Source: Epithemia pelagica (lineage: Eukaryota; Protista; Bacillariophyta). Taken from it: a stretch of DNA of 64,000 nt. The notes under the pieces are model-generated. The model did no database searches. It saw only the letters and a program-made list of their open reading frames with translations, and was not told where the DNA came from. Below, piece by piece: positions 55,582 to 64,000 of this stretch. Location of the stretch: positions 1 through 64,000 of the forward strand of contig OX337240.1 of NCBI GenBank assembly GCA_946965045.2, written 5' to 3'. Every line of letters begins with the position of its first letter. Position 1 is the first letter of the stretch. A program made the translations under genes and the position numbers.

Positions 55582-56154
55582 ATGGAACGAGACAAAGTAT
55601 TCCGAGTCCTATACGCCAAGCAAGTCATCGAATCCCTACACCGCCAGCGTGCCCGGATCCACCAAGATCGGTCTCGGATTCTCACCCAATACCACAACGA
55701 ATTGGAAGCGAACAGAGAAGCACAAGTGCGAAACGAAGAACGTCTTGGCGCCGCGTATCAAACGCTTGAAAACGCCATTGACGACGAGGACGACGGTTTG
55801 ACTAGTGAGTCGAGTAGACGAAGCACTCCTCACCGAGTCACAAGCGCAACAGTCTCTACCGACGACTATTTCAAGGGTCCCGACGCAGGCGACAACCAAG
55901 TTGCTCGTGCTCGTGCGGAATACCAGTACCCTTCCGCAGTAACCTCCTCCACTGCCGTGGCAGCCCCCGCGAGCACACAAGGTGAATCTGAAGCGAAGAG
56001 CGAATCAAGAGAAGGACAGGGAGACAGCAGCGTCGAAGTCGTTACCAGTCCCAATAAGGACAAAAGTAACCGAGCCCGGAAAGCAGAACCAGACGCTAAG
56101 CCCGCAGCCAAAGTAACAGAGAAGCGCTCGAAGAAGAAGCGACGCACCAGGTAA
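55582..56154 (+). CDS. Copia accessory ORF A (190 aa; coiled coil, C-terminal NLS-like KKKRRTR)
   Basis: ATG-initiated ORF 37 bp after the 5' LTR with protein-like composition. Confidence 0.65.
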   Translation: MERDKVFRVLYAKQVIESLHRQRARIHQDRSRILTQYHNELEANREAQVRNEERLGAAYQTLENAIDDEDDGLTSESSRRSTPHRVTSATVSTDDYFKGPDAGDNQVARARAEYQYPSAVTSSTAVAAPASTQGESEAKSESREGQGDSSVEVVTSPNKDKSNRARKAEPDAKPAAKVTEKRSKKKRRTR

Positions 56155-56214
56155 TCGATTACATAGGCACTCCCTGAACCCCCACGCGTCATTGCATTGT
56201 TTCCCTGACGTTTT

Positions 56215-56760
56215 ATGGCTGCACAAGACGACGACATTGAAGACATCCTTTTCCGTCTCCAAGAGCTAGCCGCTGAGCAAGTAGTGCTCCTTGATCGTCT
56301 GTCTTCCCTTCGAGAGGTAGAGAGACTCACATCACCGACCACGCCAAACGCGACGAACCAAGAACCACAACACCAAGAAGAGACAGCAGAGGATTCTCGT
56401 GCTGACCGCACACAAGGAAGACTTAGTCCACACCACCCACGGGCAGATCAGAGTCTTTGGGGTCGGAATATCAGTGTGCAGCGTTTTAACCCAGGCGACG
56501 CTGTTGAGATACTCAACCCGGTACCACCAGAGGTCGAAGGAGGAGTGTCCACCCGAAGGGATCACACGGGTGTGACTTACAAGACAGCGGGAAACTGGGT
56601 CTACATTTACACCGACACCGGTAGACACATACAACGAGACAGGAAGAACGTTGCATTGTTGACGAGGGCCCGTGATGAGTACATCACCTCAATCGCAGGC
56701 GCCCCCCTCAGAAGGAGTGACCTCGAACGGTGGCAGTACCACGAGCGGACAACCGTCTAG
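56215..56760 (+). CDS. Copia accessory ORF B (181 aa; leucine-rich helix plus a KOW/SH3-like beta domain)
   Basis: IEDILFRLQELAAEQVVLLDRL; FNPGDAVEILNP...TGVTYK..GNWVYIYTDTG..IQR..KN; overlaps the gag start. Confidence 0.7.
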   Translation: MAAQDDDIEDILFRLQELAAEQVVLLDRLSSLREVERLTSPTTPNATNQEPQHQEETAEDSRADRTQGRLSPHHPRADQSLWGRNISVQRFNPGDAVEILNPVPPEVEGGVSTRRDHTGVTYKTAGNWVYIYTDTGRHIQRDRKNVALLTRARDEYITSIAGAPLRRSDLERWQYHERTTV

Positions 56761-59700
56761 TGGTGGTAACGGTAACCGGCGGGGTGGACGCAACGGCCGC
56801 GGTGGTCGAGGACGCCGCAATAACAACGGTGGAAGTGGTGGCACAAGAGGTCAGGGCAAGGCGAAGTTTAAAGGCGACACGTCTGCGATGAATGGACACG
56901 TTTTCCAAGTATTCGCTGAATGCGACGACAAGCGACAGTTCGCGAAGACGATTGAGGCCCTCGGCGCGTATATAGCGAAGGAGTTGAAGTACCCTGACGA
57001 CCTGGTCACCCTCACTCGCGATCTCGAGAACCCAACGATTGAGGAACCCACGGAACCCCCTGAAGATGAGACGAGTCGAGTCCGCATTGCCATGTTCGAA
57101 AAGGAATGCCAACTCTGTGTAACTCGTCAACACGAGCTCAATGGCAATCTTCGTGCCATCTTTGCAGTAATCTGGGGCCAGTGTTCGGAAGCAATGAAGG
57201 CCAAGTTGCAGGGTCTGGACGAGTTCAAGGAGCGTGAGCGACGCAACGACTGTGCCTGGCTCCTCAAGGAGATCAAAGGCATTCGTCACCGTTTCGAAGA
57301 GAAACGCTACTACCCTTTGTCGTTGCGTGATGCGCTGGCAAATTTCTATAGCTACCGACAGGGTCCAGGAGAGTCCCTTTCCGATTATTTACAACATTTT
57401 CGCTATAACGTTGATGTTCTTGAGCATTACGGCGGCCAGGTTGGCGCCGATCCCGGCCTTCTTACCATGGTGGAAGAAGAGGACGATGAGTTAACCGGTG
57501 AACTCGAATTTGCACGTGCGGCCAAGGATAGGCTCCTTGCAATCCAGTTTTTACACAATGCCGACGGAAAGCGTTTCGGTGGACTCCTCGTTGATCTCGA
57601 GAACCAACATAGTCGTAACACGGATCAATATCCCAGGGATTTGGCCAGTGCATACTCCCTCCTGGTCAGTTATCGGCCACCCAAGGTACCCACTCCTTCC
57701 CAGCCTGCCTCGGAGAACGCCTCCTCCTCATCCGGAGCGTCTTCGGGAGCACCTGCCACCAGCGATGGCCTCCAGTTCGTCCAGAATGGGCTTCCTGTTC
57801 CTGGTACCGACGGTATTTTGCACGAAAACGTAAAGTGTTATCGTTGCAAGGGCTTCGGCCATTATGCCAATGGCTGTCCAGTTTCCCCCGACGAGCTCCA
57901 GTTGCTCCAGTCCACGACCTCGTCCGGTTTCAGTTTTGCACAAGCTGCCGTCTCCCTTCCGAAGTCTTGGGTGCTCTTGGACAGCCAGTCTACCGTTTCT
58001 GTTTTTTGTAATCGGTCTCTCCTCATGAACATTCGCCCCAGCGCTAACGCCATGACAGTCCACACCAACGGTGGCTCGCAAACCTCCCATCTCGTCGGCG
58101 ACGTCCCCAATTTCGGCACCGTCTGGTTCAATCCGGATTCTATTGCCAACATCTTGTCGCTTGCCGCCGTTCGTCGCGTGTGTCGTGTCACCATGGACTC
58201 CGCTGGTGACGCGTCTTTCCTCGTCCATCGTACCGACAAGCCGCCCCTGGTGTTCCACGAGGTCAACAGTGGCCTTTACGTTCACGACACCGCCGCTCCA
58301 TCGGCCGTGCCCCTCACCTTTGTGTCCACCGTTTCGGCCAACGCCGCTTCTTTCTCCCCCCGCGAGGTCGAAGGAGCGCAACAAGCCCGACGCCTATATC
58401 GTCTACTTGGTCGACCTTCGCAGCGCGATTTCGAAAGCGCCCTCAAGAACAACCTCATCCGCAACTCCCCCGTCACCTCCGACGACGCCAAGCGCGCCCT
58501 TATCATCTACGGGCCGGACGTTGCAGCCCTCAAAGGCAAAACAACGAAGCGTAAATCCACTCACGTTCCCAGCATAACCCCGACTCCGGTTTCCCCCTCC
58601 ATCAAAGACGCCCACGGACAACTCACTTTGTGTGCCGACGTACTCTTCGTACAAGGCCTTCCTTTCCTTCATACCATTGCTCGCCACATCAAATTTCGCA
58701 CAATTACTGCCATGAACACCAGTGGGAACCCCAGCGCATCACACATCATGAACGACCTACAGGGAATCCTGCAGATGTACCGGACACGTGGTTTCGTCGT
58801 CAGCAACCTACACGCCGACCTACAATTCGAACCGCTCAGGAATCGTCTCCTTCCTATCCATCTCAACGTGGCTGCGCAAGACGATCACGTGGGCGACGTA
58901 GAACGATCCGTGCGAACAATCAAGGAGCGTGTGCGCTCCACAGTTCACGGACTCCCGTATAGGTGGTACCCAGTCATTATGGTCAAGGAACTCGTGATAC
59001 ATGCGATTAAGTCGCTTAACCAGCTTCCCAGTGCATTCGGCGGTATCAGTCCCACGGAAAGTCCACGCAAGATTGTGACCGGTCTGCCTGACCCGGACTA
59101 TTCGAAAATGAAGATCGAGTTTGGACAGTACGCCCAGGTGTTTGAAGACAACACACCGAGTAACACGAACGCCGCCCGAACGACCGGTGCCATCGCGTTG
59201 AACCCGACTGGAAACGAACAAGGAAGCTACTATTTCATGTCCCTCACCACTGGGAGAAAATTGGCACGAAACCAGTGGACACCACTGCCCATCACGTCCG
59301 ACGTTATCGAGCGCGTGCACCAGATGGCCCAAGCCCAACGACAGAAGGAAATAACAGGTGGAAACCTACTTTTTGAATGGGGCCCAAATGACGAGGTCCC
59401 CGATGACGACGCCGACGCCGAGGATACCGACGACGGCGACATTGGGACACAACAAGAAGACGCGCCGGCAGACGAGGCAGTGGTACATGAGCCCCCAGCA
59501 CCACCAAACGACGTGCAACAACAAGACGAAAACGTACATGACGATCACCAACCACCGGAACAAAACGATCAAGACGCATTAGTGGCAGAGGTGGCGGAAG
59601 TGAGCGAGAGTGAAGAGGGAGCCAGCGACAACGCTGACGAAACCATGGAGATAGTGCTCGAGGAAGAAGCCGACAATAATAGCGAACCCCTGTTCCCGCA

Positions 59701-61660
59701 GGAAAATGTAGACACGCAAGAAGAAGGAGCGCAAGAGTCAGGAGCGCAGGAAGATTCTGCCACGCAAGAAAACAACGCGGGTGTCTACAACCTACGTGCG
59801 GACCGCGAGAGGTCCTATGAGCACAGGTACGACCATCAATACCTGCATTTTGCGCTAGCACAAGTTGCAGCCCGCTTCTTGCCCGAAGCAACAATGAAGG
59901 AAATCAACAAAAACTACGCGTGGGATTTGGCGACGAGCAAGTACATTCAGCCAAACCGCCCCAGCATCGCGAATGCCACACAAAAAATACAGCGCGAGGT
60001 CATGCTGACCCAAATGAGTGCCGCTGCGGGCATCAAAAGGTACGGACAACCAGCCATCGACGCGCTCCTCAAGGAATTTCTGCAGTTGGATGAACAAGCA
60101 GTCTTCGATCCCAAACATGCACATGAGCTGACAAGAGAACAGAAGCGCGAGGCGCTTCGTTCTGTGAACCTCATCAAAGAGAAAAGATGTGGAAAGATCA
60201 AGGGGCGCAGCTGTGCCGACGGACGCCCACAACGCGACAAATATGACAAAGGCTCAATCGCGTCTCCGGCATTGTCTAGCGACGGACTAATGTTCACACT
60301 CATGATAGACGCCATCGAGCGTCGGGACGTCGCAACAGCCGACATCGCGGGAGCCTATCTGAAGGCACTCATGCCTGACTTTGTTCTGATGAAGCTAGAG
60401 GGACCTGTGGTCGATGTTTTTTGCAAGATGAACGAGGACTATAAACAATACGTTACTTTTGAGAACGGAAAGAAGGTGATCTACGTGAGACTAAACAAGG
60501 CGTTATACGGCTGTGTTCGGTCAGCACTGCTGTGGTATGAGATGCTCCTTGGTGCACTGAAAGAAATGGGTTTTGAAGTTAACCCCTACGAACAGTGCGT
60601 AGCCAACGCCATGATCAACGGAACACAAGCAACCATTGCGTGGTACGTGGATGATTTGAAGATATCACACGTACAAAGCGAGGTCGTGACGGACATCATC
60701 AAGGAATTGGAACGTCGGTTTGAAAAAATGACGGTAACACGTGGAAACGAACACACGTACCTAGGCATGAACATCGCATTCAAGGGTGACGGAACAGTCG
60801 AATTAAAAATGGAACAGTACATCGATGAGGCAATCGCGGCTTTCGACGAACCAATCACCAACACGGCACCAACTCCAGCCAAGAAGGATCTTTTTGACGT
60901 CAATCATACGAACTTAGTGACCTGGGTCGACGCATCGTACGCGATCCACTCCGATATGAAAAGCCACACGGGTGGTGTCATGTCACTCGGACGAGGAGCA
61001 TTGGTGACGAAGTCCCGAAAACAAAAGCTTAATACTAAAAGCTCCACCGAGGCAGAAGTTGTTGGTGCGAGTGACTACCTACCCAACACCATATGGGCTA
61101 AACGCTTCTTAGCCGAACAAGGTTATGAGGTCAAAAGCACTTTCGCGCAAGATAATCAGAGCGCAATCCGACTTGAGAAAAATGGACTGCGGTCCGCCGG
61201 GAAGCAATCCTGGCACATTGACATACGCTTCTTCTTCATCAAGGATCGTGTCGAGCAAGAGAATATTGAAATCTTTTACTGTCCAACGGAACAAATGTTG
61301 GCCGACTTTTATACCAAACCATTACAAGGAGCCCTGTTTCGAAAATTTCGTGACGTACTTCTGGGCCATAAGCACATCAACACACTAAAGGACAAGACCG
61401 CTCCTATGTTGGAGGAGCGTGTTGAAAAAGGAGACGAAGAAGGACCAACAAAGGGAACGGTCTTGCCGTCAACCCTCAATGATGAACGAAATCCCAATGA
61501 CAATCCCAAGCAGGAAGAAAACAGTAACGTACTGAGTGGCCCAGATAAGAAGGTGTCATGCCCAGATAAGAAGGTGTCATGGACGAAACCGTCCTACGCG
61601 GAGATCGTCAAACGATCTCATTCTATTGAGTTAAAACGTAACGAGAGTAATAGCAAGTGA
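56675..61660 (+). CDS. gag-pol: Copia Gag-Pol (Gag, PR, IN, RT, RNase H) with an apparent in-frame RT deletion; reads into the 3' LTR
   Basis: Zn knuckle CYRCKGFGHYANGC, PR LLDSQS, IN D..D..E, RT DIAGAYL/LYG/YVDD, RNase H WVDAS/TEAE/QDN. Confidence 0.95.
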   Translation: MSTSPQSQAPPSEGVTSNGGSTTSGQPSSGGNGNRRGGRNGRGGRGRRNNNGGSGGTRGQGKAKFKGDTSAMNGHVFQVFAECDDKRQFAKTIEALGAYIAKELKYPDDLVTLTRDLENPTIEEPTEPPEDETSRVRIAMFEKECQLCVTRQHELNGNLRAIFAVIWGQCSEAMKAKLQGLDEFKERERRNDCAWLLKEIKGIRHRFEEKRYYPLSLRDALANFYSYRQGPGESLSDYLQHFRYNVDVLEHYGGQVGADPGLLTMVEEEDDELTGELEFARAAKDRLLAIQFLHNADGKRFGGLLVDLENQHSRNTDQYPRDLASAYSLLVSYRPPKVPTPSQPASENASSSSGASSGAPATSDGLQFVQNGLPVPGTDGILHENVKCYRCKGFGHYANGCPVSPDELQLLQSTTSSGFSFAQAAVSLPKSWVLLDSQSTVSVFCNRSLLMNIRPSANAMTVHTNGGSQTSHLVGDVPNFGTVWFNPDSIANILSLAAVRRVCRVTMDSAGDASFLVHRTDKPPLVFHEVNSGLYVHDTAAPSAVPLTFVSTVSANAASFSPREVEGAQQARRLYRLLGRPSQRDFESALKNNLIRNSPVTSDDAKRALIIYGPDVAALKGKTTKRKSTHVPSITPTPVSPSIKDAHGQLTLCADVLFVQGLPFLHTIARHIKFRTITAMNTSGNPSASHIMNDLQGILQMYRTRGFVVSNLHADLQFEPLRNRLLPIHLNVAAQDDHVGDVERSVRTIKERVRSTVHGLPYRWYPVIMVKELVIHAIKSLNQLPSAFGGISPTESPRKIVTGLPDPDYSKMKIEFGQYAQVFEDNTPSNTNAARTTGAIALNPTGNEQGSYYFMSLTTGRKLARNQWTPLPITSDVIERVHQMAQAQRQKEITGGNLLFEWGPNDEVPDDDADAEDTDDGDIGTQQEDAPADEAVVHEPPAPPNDVQQQDENVHDDHQPPEQNDQDALVAEVAEVSESEEGASDNADETMEIVLEEEADNNSEPLFPQENVDTQEEGAQESGAQEDSATQENNAGVYNLRADRERSYEHRYDHQYLHFALAQVAARFLPEATMKEINKNYAWDLATSKYIQPNRPSIANATQKIQREVMLTQMSAAAGIKRYGQPAIDALLKEFLQLDEQAVFDPKHAHELTREQKREALRSVNLIKEKRCGKIKGRSCADGRPQRDKYDKGSIASPALSSDGLMFTLMIDAIERRDVATADIAGAYLKALMPDFVLMKLEGPVVDVFCKMNEDYKQYVTFENGKKVIYVRLNKALYGCVRSALLWYEMLLGALKEMGFEVNPYEQCVANAMINGTQATIAWYVDDLKISHVQSEVVTDIIKELERRFEKMTVTRGNEHTYLGMNIAFKGDGTVELKMEQYIDEAIAAFDEPITNTAPTPAKKDLFDVNHTNLVTWVDASYAIHSDMKSHTGGVMSLGRGALVTKSRKQKLNTKSSTEAEVVGASDYLPNTIWAKRFLAEQGYEVKSTFAQDNQSAIRLEKNGLRSAGKQSWHIDIRFFFIKDRVEQENIEIFYCPTEQMLADFYTKPLQGALFRKFRDVLLGHKHINTLKDKTAPMLEERVEKGDEEGPTKGTVLPSTLNDERNPNDNPKQEENSNVLSGPDKKVSCPDKKVSWTKPSYAEIVKRSHSIELKRNESNSK

Positions 61661-61970
61661 TTTCTAAAGGAAACACAGCGCACCTCCGTAGAAGAGCACC
61701 GGATCGTTGAAGACGAACCTCAGCCCTCCTTCCAACACTTTGGATCTTTTGTGTTGAGGTGGGTGCCGTGTCCATTCTCTCTATCCTCGTTTGGATTCCA
61801 CAACTGGAAACGGAGAAAGAAACAGAAGCGATTGCGCAGTGAGAACAAGAGCAGTGTGCTTGGAGGAGGAGAAGAAGATCGACAACGACAACCAAAACAC
61901 CAGCTACCTATTACCTAGGTAGGGACCAAATTTCACGTTGCCTTGTGCTGTTTGTGAAACTAGGAGACCC

Positions 61971-64000
61971 ATGAATACTCCTCCTCGCGAACCAACCACC
62001 GCCCGAAGAAGACCATCCCTCTCCGCCTTTACAGTGAGAAGAGACAGTGTTGGAGCCTTGAGTAGTGGTGGTAAATGGAACGACGACGACAACGACGATC
62101 CAGATTCTCCTCCATTGGCAAAACGGTATCCTTCCTTCTCTCCTCAACAGACTGTGTCACCCAAACGTTCCTCTCCCCAGAAACGCCACAAGAAGTATGG
62201 CAATGATAATGACGACGACGACAAGGCCAATCATGTGCCTTCACTGACCTACACCACGGATGAATCCGATGTGTGGAGAGGACACACAGCCTTGGACCAT
62301 TTTCAACGACGGTACGTCCAATCTATACTCTTATATATTGTATTCGAATCAAAGCAAAAATGGACCAATTCAGTTCAGCGCTTGTGTTTGCGTTTGCTCC
62401 ATGGGTAAAGTGTTGTCTTGTGCGTTGTTGCGGTGTGCCTTTTCTCTCATCCAAAACAATGACTTGCTTTCCTTTCTTTCTTTCGTTTCCTGTCTGCTGG
62501 ATTGAACCCATGGAATTTGGAAATGTTAAACAGGGGTCAGTTTTGGAATGCCGGAAAACTCAAGGCCTTTCGACGATATTCCATCATTGCCTGGACGGGT
62601 ATTTTGCAAGGGTGTGTTGCCTATGCCACCAATTTGGTTTCCAGTGCCTTGATTGAGTTCAAATATGAGACAACACAAGACTTGTTGACACGACAATTGC
62701 AAACCGTAGAAGGACAATCCGCAGAGCCGTCCCTCTGGTGGGGACCCGCATTTTGGTTTTTTGTAACTATCCAATTCACCTGTGCCGTCGTCGCCACAGC
62801 TGCCGTGTATTTGGTCCCCACCAGTGCTGGATCGGGAATTCCCGAAGTCAAGTGCTTTTTAAATGGCATTGATATTCCCAATGTCGGTGCCCTTTCCACC
62901 TTGATTGCCAAAGTCCTTGGTGTCACGGCCAGTGTCAGTGCGGGGTTTCCCGTTGGAAAAGAAGGACCCATGGTACACAGTGGAGCTGTCATTGCGACAG
63001 TGTTGGCAACACGGACCAATCTACGAGGAGGCGGCGACAGCGAACAAGAGGCATCAATCAACAACAACAACAACAATGACCCCTCGACGCGATCCTCGTA
63101 TTCCTTCTTTTCCTCCTCCACCAACAGTACTACGACATCCAGGGCGAATTCATCATCTTCCTCTCCCCTGCGCAATGATACCAAGGTTCGTGATCTCGTG
63201 GTCTGTGGTGCCGCCGCCGGTGTCTGTACCGCCTTTTCGGCACCCATTGGTGGTATTTTGTTTGCCTTGGAAGAAGGTGCGAGTTATTGGGGACCTTCCT
63301 TGACTTGGCGTACCTTTTTTTGTTCCATGGTCGCCTTTACCAGTCTCCTCATGCTCAATACCTTGGGAACCATGTTTGGTAAGGTGGGATTTGACAAGCT
63401 CTTTAGCTTTGGCAATTTTATTTACGAACAAGGAGGCTTTTCCAGTTTTGCTGTCTATGAATTGTTTGGCTTTGTGGCGATTGGAGCCTTGGGTGGATTG
63501 GTTGGAGCCGTTTTTAATCATACCAATCAAGTCTTGACTCAATGGCGACTGCAATACATTCATCCTGTCCGACACCCACTTCGAAGATGCCTCGAAGTAC
63601 TCTTCTTGTCTATCGTTACCTCCATTGTGAGCTTTGTCTTGCCTCTCTACGTGTGGCGGAAATGTACGGTCCTTCCTCGAACCAACCTTGAGGCATTGAC
63701 GGAATCGCAAGTGGCCGTCGAAGAAGAATTGATACAAGAATTGGTCCAATTCAATTGTCCTTCTGGTTATTACAATGAATTGGCTTCTTTGATTTTTACC
63801 GATGCCGGCGTCGCGATTCGACACTTGTTTCATTTGCACGAACACGCCTTTTCGGATGGAACCCTGTTGCTCTTTTTTGGAGTCTACATTTCACTGGCCG
63901 TGGTCGTCTATGGCATTGCCATTCCCTCGGGATTGTTTGTTCCCAGTTTGCTCAGTGGAGCCGCACTGGGACGGTATTTGGGAAATTTAGCCTTTCGCAT
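61971..64000 (+). CDS. CLC chloride channel/antiporter, partial (exon 61971-62311, intron 62312-62533, exon 62534->64000)
   Basis: Signature motifs GSGIPE, GKEGP, GAAAG..AFSAPIGG..F..EE and GLFVP; runs off the window. Confidence 0.95.

Larger units (their letters stand above)
55227..61737 (+). mobile_element. Ty1/Copia LTR retrotransposon (diatom CoDi-like), 6511 bp
   Basis: 318-bp LTRs (55227-55544 and 61420-61737, TG...CA, identical by eye), TSD CTTTG, purine tract before the 3' LTR. Confidence 0.97.

Noticed and set aside
9494-63990. Numerous short overlapping ORFs in the six-frame track
   Set aside because: They are antisense or off-frame shadows of the genes above or of microsatellites, with no recognisable motifs.

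Overview
Left end of a eukaryotic chromosome, probably a diatom (inferred from gene families, Copia type and low-complexity protein style). It opens with 90 AACCCT telomeric repeats. 73 bp further in is a 5.7-kb Mutator-like (MULE) transposon with 92-bp terminal inverted repeats (TIRs). It encodes an apparently intact transposase and, convergently, a TET/JBP-like 2OG-Fe(II) dioxygenase, plus a ~179-bp tandem array; this is the best candidate for an undescribed system (self-encoded epigenetic anti-silencing). Other mobile elements are an intact Gypsy, a Copia and two small TIR elements (one piggyBac-like). The Gypsy is nested in a 1.6-kb TIR element that itself splits a RING-H2 gene and carries a densely structured, RNA-like region. 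The Copia has two extra upstream ORFs and an in-frame RT deletion. Host genes include two methyltransferase-like proteins, a Kelch protein, two GSTs, an SGNH esterase-like gene, a beta-helix protein, a Lys-rich secreted protein and a partial CLC channel. There are also four globins sharing the B12.2 intron; three of them lack the proximal His and have Cys at B10. Several host genes carry nonsense or frameshift lesions or are truncated. No rRNA, tRNA or CRISPR arrays were recognised. All homology calls are by motif recognition, not database search.
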